63,245 nt of DNA, filler included, from Octopus bimaculoides (GCF_001194135.2; 4 parts of 3 records of this genome joined end to end with filler, not necessarily neighbours in it); one strand, 5' to 3'; shown: positions 50,686-63,245, counted from the first letter of the whole stretch. The notes: generated by a model from the letters alone, not told the origin. A program made the numbers and translations.

Positions 50686-51231
50686 TCTCTTATTTTATTT
50701 AACAGCACACATGCTCACGAAATGTCTGCATTAAACTCCTCACTCGTATCTTTATCGAACCGAGAGTCTAACTACGGTCTCCTGTAGCACTTACATAGCC
50801 TTACCTGCCATCTGGGGACTTCTGGGTACCCATGCCTCTTATATATATATATATNNNNNNNNNNNNNNNNNNNNNNNNNNNNNNNNNNNNNNNNNNNNNN
50901 NNNNNNNNNNNNNNNNNNNNNNNNNNNNNNNNNNNNNNNNNNNNNNNNNNNNNNNNNNNNNNNNNNNNNNNNNNNNNNNNNNNNNNNNNNNNNNNNNNNN
51001 NNNNNNNNNNNNNNNNNNNNNNNNNNNNNNNNNNNNNNNNNNNNNNNNNNNNNNNNNNNNNNNNNNNNNNNNNNNNNNNNNNNNNNNNNNNNNNNNNNNN
51101 NNNNNNNNNNNNNNNNNNNNNNNNNNNNNNNNNNNNNNNNNNNNNNNNNNNNNNNNNNNNNNNNNNNNNNNNNNNNNNNNNNNNNNNNNNNNNNNNNNNN
51201 NNNNNNNNNNNNNNNNNNNNNNNNNNNNNNN

Positions 51232-51292
<61 letters not shown>

Positions 51293-52288
51293 ATATTTAT
51301 AATTTTATGTGGAGGTATAGGTACTTATGCATATATGTATGATGATATGCGTAGCTAGTTGCCTGTTTCAAAAGTCATACTCTCTACTTGTTTAAAATTT
51401 GCTGATAAAAATTTTCAATACAAAAAAGTATGATTCGGAGTTGTTATTGATTATTGGAATATTTCCTTTTCTTCAAGCGTTTGATAGTGAGGGAGTTGGA
51501 GGCAGTTTAGTTTTAAACATATTTTTAAACTTTTATATATTCCCCTAGCTATTTGATTTAACAAAAAGAAATATGGCGCTTAAATAATTCTATTTCCTTT
51601 TTTCTTTCTTTCGTGTAATTGATAGTTTAGAAGATGAAAGAGAAAATATCAATTTATCTTCGATAACCTATAGACAAATATATTATTGTAACATATCCAC
51701 ATTGATTATAGACGGGCTTTCGTTTTGTAATATGCAGCTTACTTCAATATTCCTCATTACCTACTGCATACGTACATGCATACAAACATACATACACACA
51801 TACATACGTACATACATGCATAAGCATACATACACACACAAACACCCACACGTACATAGAAACAAATACCTGCATTCAATGATAGAAACATACATATATA
51901 TATATATATATATATACATACGTACATACGCACATGCAGTCATGTGTTCGTGAGTTTGTGAGCGAGTGTGTATGTGTGTGTCTATATGTGTGTATGTGCG
52001 TGTCCGTGTGTGTGTATTGTGTATGGGTGTCTGTGTGCTTTGTCTCTATACACATATACATATATGCCAGGGATAAAGAAGCGCTTCGTTATACGTAATA
52101 CACTATATCGGGTTTGTAACACGTTGTATTCATACAGACATACGCATGCTCACAAACACACGCGCACACACATGCAAAGAACCACGCAGACAAATACTGA
52201 TCCACCTACATACACTCACACACACACACACACTCAGATATACATATGTACATACATACACATATTTATCTATATGTCTGTCTGTCTG

Positions 52289-52322
<34 letters not shown>

Positions 52323-52695
52323 TCGTATGTGTATTTGTATATATATATAATCTAAGAAAGTTAGGGGTTGTGAATCCAACCCACTAAGAAATAATATCTA
52401 TCCAATAAACTGCCGGAAGGATACCCAATTATTATTACACTAGTGTTTTTACCAAATGCGATAAATGGGTATGGGCAAACGGAAATTTTCCCCTAAATTT
52501 ATATAGCAATAAGAAAATGGAGGGGATTATGCGGTACCCATCAACTTGCAGACATTGTATTATGTTAATTTACCTGTTTAGTTTTCAACTAGGAGGACAA
52601 TAAAAACAATATACAAAAACATATGACATATTATGTCCTATCAGGTCACACACACACACACATGCACGCGCACACACACACACATNNNNNNNNNN

Positions 52696-52742
<47 letters not shown>

Positions 52743-53111
52743 AACGCACAAACACACACACAGAAGCATGATCACAACCCACCGACGAATGGTATCCATG
52801 AATTTCTGGGGAACAATTTTATGAATATTTTTGCATCCTTAACAAAAAGCTACATATTCACTAAATTTGCTATTCGAGTATTCTTTCGATCTTGTTTTAG
52901 CTTCACATGCTTGTTCATGTGTGTGTATATGTCTGTGTGCAGCAAGAGAATTATAATATACATGCATATATGTATATGTGTATATATATACGTAAATATA
53001 TATATAATTTTCAGACAGACGGACGTGTATATTTGTCCACTAATACCGCTTCACAAAACGTTTTGGATTGTTTACATTCCGCAGTTTAGTTATTCGCCGA
53101 AAGACCAATAT

Positions 53112-53360
53112 AAGGGCGGCGAGCTGGCAGCATAGTTAGCACGCTGGGCGAAATGCTTACCAGTTTTCGACTGTCATTATTTTCGGACTTCAAATTTGCC
53201 TGAGGTCGAATTTGCCTTTCATCTTTTCGGGTTTGATTAAATACGTACCAGTTATACAGTGGAGACGATGTAATCAACTTAATCTCTTTGTCTCTCCTTT
53301 CTTTTGTCCCCTCTATGTTTAGCCACACCCTCCCCATCCATATAAGCAATAAAGAAATAT
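53112..53360 (+). mobile_element. SINE family A, full length (long-tail variant)
   Basis: GGCGGCGAGCTGGCAG..CCTGAGGTCGAATTTGCCTTTCATCTTTTCGGG..TTTGTCCCCTCTATGTTTAGCC..AATAAAGAAATA. Confidence 0.9.
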
Positions 53361-54353
53361 ATAAAATAAGCAATGTACTTAAAATAAATACTGCGGTCTA
53401 TTTGTGTAAAACCCTTCAAAGTGATGTCCCGGCATTAGAACTCTCCAACAATGACTGCATGAAATAAAGGATGAAAAATATATGAGTTGTACTTATGTAT
53501 ATGAAAGCATGCAGATACGAAAGTATGTATCCAATGCACACACACACACATAGTCATTTATTTAGTGATGGTTTTCTGTTTATTTGCATGTCGATCTTCT
53601 CTCTCTCTCTCTTCCCTTATCTCTCTCTCACACACACATTAAGTCACATGTTTATAAACATATTCTTATACACACGCATATGCATACATATATATATATA
53701 AACATATGTGTGTGTGTGTGTGTGTGTGTTTGCAAATTTTGTTATGTGGTACAGCTCGAAATATATATCTTTCCTTAAGTTTACACTGAAAAAGCAAAAT
53801 AACTATAACTGGTTAAATGTAAAAAGAGATTGTGGATTTGTTTGTCTGGAATTCTGCACATAATGTCTTTCGCCTACTTTTTACATCATGTTGAATCAAT
53901 ATTCTTCTTTTATACACGAGCCAATTCTTATTACTTCCCCAACATTTTCTTGGATAAAAGGTCACATTTTTCTGTCTCTTTAATTTTTTTTATCACACAA
54001 ATTTTTATATTGAAATCATCAATCATACCTCTTTATTACAAGTGATAGATTTTATCCTAGTTTTTAATATGTCATTTTCTTCATAATGGACATTAGATTA
54101 ATTTGAAAATAAAAGCTTTTTAATAAAGAAACACTTTCAGGAGCAAATTTCAATAAAAGTCTTCAGTATTCTAGTTAATGTTTTCTTCTTCATAGCTGCG
54201 ATTAATGCTATATTAATATGTATGCGGTGTATCGATGTTTGTAGTGTAGGAGAAACATAAAACAAGATGGGTATCTCGATAATTTTCTTTTGAAAAAATT
54301 CTTTCCTTTATATTAAAGAAGATTCTTCAAGTATTATAAATTTTTTCCTAGGT

Positions 54354-54739
54354 ATGCATACAACCTTCTGTAGTCCATATATTCCCAAATATATCACATT
54401 AACCTTCATTTTACTGTGATATAAAAATTATCATAATTATACATATGTATATACGTATTGTATATATGCTATACGTTCATTATAATAAATATTATATAGT
54501 NNNNNNNNNNNNNNNNNNNNNNNNNNNNNNNNNNNNNNNNNNNNNNNNNNNNNNNNNNNNNNNNNNNNNNNNNNNNNNNNNNNNNNNNNNNNNNNNNNNN
54601 NNNNNNNNNNNNNNNNNNNNNNNNNNNNNNNNNNNNNNNNNNNNNNNNNNNNNNNNNNNNNNNNNNNNNNNNNNNNNNNNNNNNNNNNNNNNNNNNNNNN
54701 NNNNNNNNNNNNNNNNNNNNNNNNNNNNNNNNNNNNNNN

Positions 54740-54774
<35 letters not shown>

Positions 54775-55353
54775 AAACAGGTAAGTGGGAAATGTTGGCA
54801 TTTATGTATTAAAGATAATGCTTTGCGTAGTTATGCACGTAAAAAAAACATGTAAGACATCTCCCATTAGCACTTTTCAGATAGGGAATTAAGCACAAGC
54901 TTCCATGGATTGAAGTAAATTTATATATTATACTGAATATTAATCTGGAGTCATATAGATGGAGAGGACGATAAATATAGCGAGGAAATAGAGATAATAT
55001 TCCTATGTATTAACACTTTCGTGTATTCAGACATATCTTTTGTTTCAGTTTTGTAGCTGAATAATAATAGCTTAAAAGCGAAATAGTGTAATCAAGTAGA
55101 TTACATTTTAGCATTATAGGATTTAGATAGGTTCATAATATACCCTGTGTCCCAAAGGGGCACATCTTCGCATTCCATTTGTTCAAATTATATTTCCAGA
55201 TGTTGTGATGCATACAACCTTCTGTAGTCCATATATTCCCAAATATATCACATTAACCTTCATTTTACTGTGATATAAAAATTATCATAATTATTCATAT
55301 GTATATACGTATTGTATATATCCTATACGTTCATTATAATAAATATTATATAG
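54354..55353 (+). repeat. Near-identical direct duplication of ~146 bp (54354-54500 and 55209-55353)
   Basis: ATGCATACAACCTTCTG...AAATATTATATAGT twice with ~2 substitutions; both copies run into N gaps. Confidence 0.9.
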
Positions 55354-56303
55354 TATTATATATATATATATATATAGTATTATATATATATNNNNNNNNN
55401 NNNNNNNNNNNNNNNNNNNNNNNNNNNNNNNNNNNNNNNNNNNNNNNNNNNNNNNNNNNNNNNNNNNNNNNNNNNNNNNNNNNNNNNNNNNNNNNNNNNN
55501 NNNNNNNNNNNNNNNNNNNNNNNNNNNNNNNNNNNNNNNNNNNNNNNNNNNNNNNNNNNNNNNNNNNNNNNNNNNNNNNNNNNNNNNNNNNNNNNNNNNN
55601 NNNNNNNNNNNNNNNNNNNNNNNNNNNNNNNNNNNNNNNNNNNNNNNNNNNNNNNNNNNNNNNNNNNNNNNNNNNNNNNNNNNNNNNNNNNNNNNNNNNN
55701 NNNNNNNNNNNNNNNNNNNNNNNNNNNNNNNNNNNNNNNNNNNNNNNNNNNNNNNNNNNNNNNNNNNNNNNNNNNNNNNNNNNNNNNNNNNNNNNNNNNN
55801 NNNNNNNNNNNNNNNNNNNNNNNNNNNNNNNNNNNNNNNNNNNNNNNNNNNNNNNNNNNNNNNNNNNNNNNNNNNNNNNNNNNNNNNNNNNNNNNNNNNN
55901 NNNNNNNNNNNNNNNNNNNNNNNNNNNNNNNNNNNNNNNNNNNNNNNNNNNNNNNNNNNNNNNNNNNNNNNNNNNNNNNNNNNNNNNNNNNNNNNNNNNN
56001 NNNNNNNNNNNNNNNNNNNNNNNNNNNNNNNNNNNNNNNNNNNNNNNNNNNNNNNNNNNNNNNNNNNNNNNNNNNNNNNNNNNNNNNNNNNNNNNNNNNN
56101 NNNNNNNNNNNNNNNNNNNNNNNNNNNNNNNNNNNNNNNNNNNNNNNNNNNNNNNNNNNNNNNNNNNNNNNNNNNNNNNNNNNNNNNNNNNNNNNNNNNN
56201 NNNNNNNNNNNNNNNNNNNNNNNNNNNNNNNNNNNNNNNNNNNNNNNNNTATATATATATATATTTCTTTTGCATTTCTATATTTAAGAGCTGAGGAATT
56301 ATG

Positions 56304-56601
56304 TACCTTATTTACGTTTGACGCATATTTGTCCTCACTTTTATGTTGTAAACAGACGGGCATATGGCGTAGTGGTTAAGAGTTCAAGCTACTAACTCCA
56401 AGATTCCGAGTTCGATTCCAGGTAGTGACATGAATAATAATAATATTAATAACAATAACATCGAAGAATACTTTAGGAATGAAGACCCAGGTTCAAAATT
56501 TCCCCAAGACACCTGATGAAGGCTAGAGGGTATATCAACCGAAACGTTGTGTTAAAAACAAACAAGATAAGGACAAATATGCGTCAAATGTAAATAATGT
56601 A
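56304..56601 (+). mobile_element. Composite ~300-bp element: TIR, tRNA-like Pol III head, (AAT)n linker, hammerhead ribozyme, TIR
   Basis: TIR 56308-56335 vs 56570-56597 (27/28 match); A-box TGGCGTAGTGG 56365-56375; B-box GTTCGATTCC 56410-56419; HHR 56508-56553. Confidence 0.85.
56508..56553 (+). ncRNA. Minimal type I hammerhead ribozyme (PLE-type, palindromic stem III)
   Basis: GACAC-CTGATGA-A-GGCTA(..)CAACC-GAAA-C-GTT^GTGTT: 5-bp stem I, intact core, AACGTT palindrome, stem II with mismatches. Confidence 0.75.
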
Positions 56602-56604
56602 TAT

Positions 56605-56762
56605 TTCTTTTACATCTTTCATTTGTTTCAGTCATTTGACAGCGGCCATGCTGGGGCGCCGCATTTAGTGGAAAAAATCAACCCCATGACTTATTTGTGA
56701 GATCGCAGTACTGCTTCTATCGGCCTCTTTTATCCGGACAGTGAAGTTACAGGGACGTAAAC
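56605..56762 (-). mobile_element. SINE family B, 3' half
   Basis: TTGTTTCAGTCATTTGACAGCGGCCATGCTGGGGCGCCGC..AAGTTACAGGGACGTAAAC. Confidence 0.85.
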
Positions 56763-56768
56763 GCATAT

Positions 56769-56874
56769 CATTATCGACATATATATATATCATTATCGAC
56801 ATATATATATATCATTATCGACATAGATATATATCATTATCGACATAGATATATATCATTATCGACATAGATAT
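56769..56874. repeat. 22-bp minisatellite x5 (CATTATCGACATA(T/G)ATATATAT)
   Basis: Units start at 56769, 56791, 56813, 56835 and 56857. Confidence 0.95.
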
Positions 56875-57360
56875 ATTACTCGTTGAAATTCCGGCGTAGT
56901 CTGGTTTTCACGTTATATTTTTTTTGTATGTTTACAATTTTTTACAGTATTACTTACAAAGCAAATACTTGCATGATTTCTATAGTCTCCAGGTTTACGT
57001 AGGAGCTGTGTTTACCAACATATGTGCATAGCAAATGATGACTGAATTTCTCCTTCAAAAACCTCCCGATAGGCTGCTGCTGACTGAATCTTACAAGCAG
57101 TATTTTCACCATCACCTTCCATCTTATATCACGGCCGATAAACGGGCAAACATTGTTGACATTGAGAGCACTCATTCGTAGAAAGCTTTTAATCAATCAG
57201 AGTCATCTCTAAATGATGTGGCTACGTTCAGCAGATATTGAGAAACATCTGATACTGTAAAAGATATTCCATTTACAATTAATGTTAAAATTCCTACTAC
57301 TATTCTTAGTAAAATGACATGCACATTTAATCAATGCCGATGTTATCATTTTTTACTTAC

Positions 57361-57750
57361 GCAGTGAAATAGAAGAACTGTTTGCGTGCCGGAGAAAATT
57401 TTAGTGGTATTTCATTCGGATTTACGTTCTGGGGTCAAATTCCGCCGGGATCGAATTTAATATTCATCGTTTTGGAGTCCATAAAATAAGTGCCAGGACT
57501 GGGGTTGATATAAGGTTGATTGTTTGTCTCAGATAATGGAAACCATACTGGCATGCGGGCAGAATGATTACTATACTGGGCTGCCTTTCGTCCGTCTTAA
57601 TGTTCTGAGTTCAAATTCCGCTGAGGTCATTTTGCTTTTCATCTTCTCGGGGTTGATAAAATAAGTAACAGCTTCATCCTGTGGTAGATGTAATCGAATA
57701 TACCCGTCCCTAAAATTTCAGGCCTTGTGCCTATTATAGGAAGGGATATA
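57361..57750 (+). mobile_element. Two tandem SINE family A copies (~57361-57515, ~57548-57750)
   Basis: GGTCAAATTCCGCCGGGATCG..ATAAAATAAG and GAGTTCAAATTCCGCTGAGGTC..CTTTTCATCTTCTCGGGGTTGATAAAATAAG. Confidence 0.85.
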
Positions 57751-57837
57751 TTATTATTACTAGAAATACTATGATTATTATTACCATAATTGATATCATT
57801 GATAGTATAAACATCATCCATATCATGTTTATTATTA

Positions 57838-58400
57838 TTATTGAGTGAGAGAGCAGTGCATGCCATCAAAGTCACACTGTGGTAAAATATACGCAGCCCA
57901 TTATACCCATCATGACTCCCGTCTGATAAGGGTACACCAGGCACATGCATCACAACCATATGTGCGCGACATGGTGATCTCATATCAAGATAAACAGTGT
58001 ATGACCTCGCAGGTGGGGCCCAATTAGAATTTTGTTCAGGTCGAGTAGCCCATCCCGCTCAAAAGGTCCCTGAATAAGGTTTGTTTAAGGATGTTGAGCA
58101 AAACACATGTATTTCCAAAGATGAATTATTCAAACCCCAAAGAATTCCTCTCAACGCATGGCTATGATGCTTCTCCTATACTTCTGCTCATGATCAGTGA
58201 TGCACAGATCATCAGCCACCAAGAGACATGCTCAACTGGTTAAGGTCAAGCAACTGACAAGCAAATCTGCGATATTAAGCAGAATAATTGCTGTAGACCA
58301 TCTTTTCATACCAAGACAAATCAATGTACATGATAACACTTCCAATCAATTAAGATCAGAAGCCATGAGAGCCACTGCCTGGTACTGCATCCGGGCATTT
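57838..58400. mobile_element. Unclassified ~560-bp non-coding insert bounded by (ATT)n
   Basis: Abruptly higher GC than its flanks, ATT runs on both sides; resembles an abundant octopus interspersed repeat (from memory, unverified). Confidence 0.45.
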
Positions 58401-58415
58401 ATTATCATTATTATT

Positions 58416-58471
<56 letters not shown>

Positions 58472-59046
58472 NNNNNNNNNNNNNNNNNNNNNNNNNNNNN
58501 NNNNNNNNNNNNNNNNNNNNNNNNNNNNNNNNNNNNNNNNNNNNNNNNNNNNNNNNNNNNNNNNNNNNNNNNNNNNNNNNNNNNNNNNNNNNNNNNNNNN
58601 NNNNNNNNNNNNNNNNNNNNNNNNNNNNNNNNNNNNNNNNNNNNNNNNNNNNNNNNNNNNNNNNNNNNNNNNNNNNNNNNNNNNNNNNNNNNNNNNNNNN
58701 NNNNNNNNNNNNNNNNNNNNNNNNNNNNNNNNNNNNNNNNNNNNNNNNNNNNNNNNNNNNNNNNNNNNNNNNNNNNNNNNNNNNNNNNNNNNNNNNNNNN
58801 NNNNNNNNNNNNNNNNNNNNNNNNNNNNNNNNNNNNNNNNNNNNNNNNNNNNNNNNNNNNNNNNNNNNNNNNNNNNNNNNNNNNNNNNNNNNNNNNNNNN
58901 NNNNNNNNNNNNNNNNNNNNNNNNNNNNNNNNNNNNNNNNNNNNNNNNNNNNNNNNNNNNNNNNNNNNNNNNNNNNNNNNNNNNNNNNNNNNNNNNNNNN
59001 NNNNNNNNNNNNNNNNNNNNNNNNNNNNNNNNNNNNNTAATGCTGA

Positions 59047-59142
<96 letters not shown>
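58401..59142. repeat. (ATT)n microsatellite spanning an N gap
   Basis: ATT runs at 58401-58471 and 59048-59142. Confidence 0.95.
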
Positions 59143-59143
<1 letters not shown>

Positions 59144-59344
59144 TTCATTAGCTTTCTTTCACTTGAAAATATTGGTGTCTTCATATTTTTATACGTTTCT
59201 GACATTTGGATATTATAGCTAATTGGTGCAGCTGCATCTGTAGCAATTACATTGTACAATTACCATTGTAGAGAAGAAAGCCCTTAAAATTGTGTTAGAA
59301 GAATCAACGAACAGCCTCCATTCATTTGCTTCGTATGACATCAC

Positions 59345-59930
59345 AATGTTTTGAAATAAGCCAGAAATATCTGAACAGAAAACTAAAGAATCCTGTTTCT
59401 AAAAGAACGGGGTAAATTCCACTTCACAATGACGGAACCAAGGGAATGGTTTTCCAGAAGCTAGAAGACTGTGTTCCTTCACTCTAGAGCCAAGTAACTG
59501 TACTTTTTTCTTTTAGAACGTTAAGGTCTCTCACCAAGTCAGTGAGGTCAACTTCGTTGAAAAATATGAGATCTTCATTTGTTGGTGGTTCATAATCTAC
59601 TACCCATTCATTAGCATTACTAGTATCAGCCTCTGATGAAATTTCCCATATTTCTGATGACAGAGAGACAAGAATGTCATCTGAATACGGAACATGCCTT
59701 ATTGCTAACGGAATACCCAGCTAGTTTAGTCATACGGAAGTAGTAGTCACCTTGGTGGTTCATCTGCTCCCGCTATACCATTAGTATTCAAAAGAGCATA
59801 CCATTCAGATTTCCCTGTGACTACATTTGGAGCTTGCTAAAGCATATCTTGCAAGGTTTTTGAGGGGTAAATCGCTTGTTCTGGTTTCCCACTTTGTTGC
59901 CAAAATAGGCTAAATAATTGTGCTTTCACA
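59345..59930 (-). mobile_element. Chapaev-3-like (CMC superfamily) transposase N-terminal fragment
   Basis: YLAYFGNKVGNQNKRFTP, CKIC, MV*REQMNHQGDYYF, VPYSD, DLTDLVRDLNV, LLGSRVKEHSLL, FCSDISGL parallel the YFG..GDQDK.WAPH / WREP.NH..DCYFC / ELNDLVRDL / LLASRLKE motifs of Chapaev3-type transposases. Confidence 0.8.
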
Positions 59931-60862
59931 AAGGAGTAATATTACTCCGGGAACCTGATAGGGAGAATTGCATGCAAACATAGCAACATATGTTTTAGTG
60001 AATTTCTGCTGCCTCTAGGATATTCAAAATCTAAAAATAAGGAAAAATATATTAGATTTAATATTTAAGCTAATAGGGTAGCAATTGTTATTGGTAATAT
60101 ACTTTATCACTTACTTATGCTATACAAAAGGAGAAAAATGATGTTTCTGTATAACTTGAGAACCAGATGTGAAAGAGATGAATAGAAACACCATGAATCT
60201 CTAGTTTTCATATATATTTCGAAAAAGGTAGCAAACAGTCAATAAGAAACAATAATCATGCAGAAACACAATGTCGGTAAATATTCAACTATTGAAACAT
60301 GAAGATTGCGGAACATAACAAAATACTTATACTAAGATAATATATATAAAATATAAACTTGTACGTATGCAAAATAAATGTGAAAATCAAATGTCTTCGA
60401 ATATCTTTAACTAATGCATACATGTGTTATCATGTGTGTGTGTGTGTTAGTACAAATCTATGCATGTATATATGCATGCATAAATATATATATATATATN
60501 NNNNNNNNNNNNNNNNNNNNNNNNNNNNNNNNNNNNNNNNNNNNNNNNNNNNNNNNNNNNNNNNNNNNNNNNNNNNNNNNNNNNNNNNNNNNNNNNNNNN
60601 NNNNNNNNNNNNNNNNNNNNNNNNNNNNNNNNNNNNNNNNNNNNNNNNNNNNNNNNNNNNNNNNNNNNNNNNNNNNNNNNNNNNNNNNNNNNNNNNNNNN
60701 NNNNNNNNNNNNNNNNNNNNNNNNNNNNNNNNNNNNNNNNNNNNNNNNNNNNNNNNNNNNNNNNNNNNNNNNNNNNNNNNNNNNNNNNNNNNNNNNNNNN
60801 AAAGATAGATAGATACATAAATACAAATATATATATATATAAAGATAGATAGATACATAAAT

Positions 60863-60910
<48 letters not shown>

Positions 60911-60927
60911 GCACGCACGCACATATA

Positions 60928-60964
<37 letters not shown>

Positions 60965-62096
60965 CTTAGCCGAAGTCACTTGACTGAAACAAGGAAAAAA
61001 TGAATATAAATATAGATAGATAGATTGATAGATAGATAAACAGAAAGACAGGTAAAATAGATAGATATGTATGCATATATTTAGATTCAATTTGCTACGT
61101 TTTTACCCTGGTAGTCCTCACCTGTCCATGTCACAAGCTCAAATAGACAGTTTAATGGAAATGGAATGCATACATCCATTAACTCACAGGAAACAAATTT
61201 CCTTTATTGAAATTTATTTTCTGTATATTTCGTGGCCTGACTTAATATAATAATGCACTTTTATATTTCATTGCGCGGGAAATATTCATAGCTCATGCTG
61301 TGTTTCGTTCTACTGAAATGTTATTCATTCTATTTTCATTATAATGTATTTATTATAATTTTTCCTTCATTATTTTCTATCATAATATATTTGCACTAAG
61401 ATCGTATTAGAAATTTGAAACGTATCTTCTGCTTCGAGTATTGAAACTAATTGAAAATCCACTGTTTATTTCAAATGCCTTTCATTGAATTTGGAAGAAA
61501 ATACATTAATATCCGTACTCTGATGCTTAAATATGCATGGAAAGGGGGAAAGGTTTAAAAAAAAAAAAATAATAAATCGATACGTAAAAATAACATTAAT
61601 TCACTTAGAATAAATCCAAGTTTAAAAATATGCGTCTAAGATCTGTTACCATTTCATACATATTTCCAATATATATGACCATAGCGTCGATATACTAACT
61701 ATTTTTGTGCAGAATTTCATTCTCGCAAGTAAAATTATCAAAACATAGCGTATATTAACACTACGCCATTACATGGTATATAAGACAATGATTGAATTTT
61801 ATCTGTAGTTTAAGAATGAAATTTTTGGTATAAGTTCTAACCTCACACTTAGATCGTAATTATTGTAATGTAACAAATCATCGGTTATACTCTCTTAACA
61901 ATTACAGGTATTTCAGAATTCACCCAAATTATCAAAATATTCATTGTAAAATCTCCTTAGACTTCAGATTATTGGCAATGGGCTCTACAATATTTGTATT
62001 AATTGAAACTATGCTGAATATTATCATTCTGCGTAAATCGGTACCCACATACTCACATACATACTCTCAGACATAGACACAGACACAGAAACACAG

Positions 62097-62133
<37 letters not shown>

Positions 62134-63245
62134 TACACACATACGTACGCACACACACGTACGCACGCACACACACACACAGACACACACACTCACACAC
62201 ACTCACACACACTCGCACGCATACACATGTATTTACAATTTCTATCGAAATTATCATATTTAACAAATTGTTTCGATTATTAAGTTCCCAATATACTTAT
62301 GTCCAACGTAGAATATGATTTATGACAGAAATATTCTTTTAGTTTAGACTCTGTGAATACTGCTTCCTGATTAACCTAGAAATGAAATATAATTATCACT
62401 AATACTTACTATTATAAATAATCATCAACGCCTCTGCTCATAGTGGCGCAGAGCGTCGGCTGATTTTACCATACATACCACTTCTAACTCCATGACAAAA
62501 TTATGATGGTTATTCAAGTCTAATTCTTATATTACATCTGTGATGAGACTGCTTGTTTGCTTGTAGTCTTTGATGTGCTGGTCAGTGATGATATACCTTG
62601 AACGTCCGAAAGGCCGATGTTGAAGTGAATGGCTCCTTCATTCATATTGTAGAAGACGTGCGGAAAGAATAGCAACTGAATCAACCTCACAAATACTTAA
62701 CTGTGATGTTTGTTGTGGGAGGTAATCTACTTGCTATTTACAGTGAAGAATGTTACTAATTGCCGACTGGGAGGGAGAAAATCTGTTCTGTGATATAGAA
62801 AGATATCTGAAAGACATCATGGGGTGCATCTGATACCAGGATTTATATATGCAAAATTTCATGATAGTCTTTGGCGTCGGCAGTCTGTCGGTCATATGAA
62901 ACAGGTCATCTGCATTGAAAGAGCTGAGGAATCTGAAACAATCTGTAGCCCTCAACATACCACAATGAGTTAAACGACAACCTGCTTTGTATAGGGAGAA
63001 AGAGGGTAAATTCGAGAACATTTTAAAAAGCCATATCACGAAGGAGCTTAGCGTTAGTTGGTCGATTTATAGATCAATCACCTTAAACGGTGGTGACTCA
63101 CACGTGGTGGTTAATCGAGTATCTTACGGTTAGGATTCGAACTAGGACTGCACATCTAAGAGATTTATTTAGACAGGTAGCTAATTGCAAAGAGAGTGAT
63201 TCTTCAACCACTGTTTTCCAGAAACAGTATTAACGTATATATATA

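Noticed and set aside
56358-56430. tRNA gene
   Set aside because: A/B boxes are present, but the acceptor, anticodon and T stems pair poorly; a SINE-type head. The same applies to the other SINE heads.
48686-56874. CRISPR-like arrays (the two 22-bp repeats)
   Set aside because: Contiguous units with no spacers, in a eukaryotic context with no cas genes.
62424-62460. GC hairpin followed by CTGA, considered as a Helitron 3' end
   Set aside because: Spacing to CTRR is too short and there is no Helitron sequence upstream.

Overview
Eukaryotic, repeat-saturated draft-assembly DNA with many N gaps and very dense (AT)n/(GT)n/(TATG)n/(GATA)n/(ATT)n microsatellites. The repeat landscape looks like a coleoid cephalopod (Octopus); this is an inference from recognising the repeats, not a search result. 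No host protein-coding exon, rRNA, true tRNA gene or CRISPR array could be supported. The long ORFs in the track are gap read-through or microsatellite artefacts. Recognisable coding relics are all transposon-derived: three Penelope-like elements (PLE; GIY-YIG, one with RT), two Tc1 and two mariner transposases, an R4/Dong-like LINE RT, an RTE-like 3' zinc-finger tail, a Helitron Pif1 helicase end and a Chapaev-3-like transposase. About 25 tRNA-derived SINE copies or fragments of at least four families are interspersed. The most interesting signal is a set of PLE-type minimal hammerhead ribozyme (HHR) motifs. The best sits in a ~300-bp unit (56304-56611) that combines 28-bp terminal inverted repeats, a Pol III tRNA-like head and an intact HHR core. 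A second inverted-terminus HHR unit lies at 50403-50685. Several long fold-back structures are also present. All folds and alignments were done by eye, and TE/SINE boundaries are approximate (about +/-10-20 bp).
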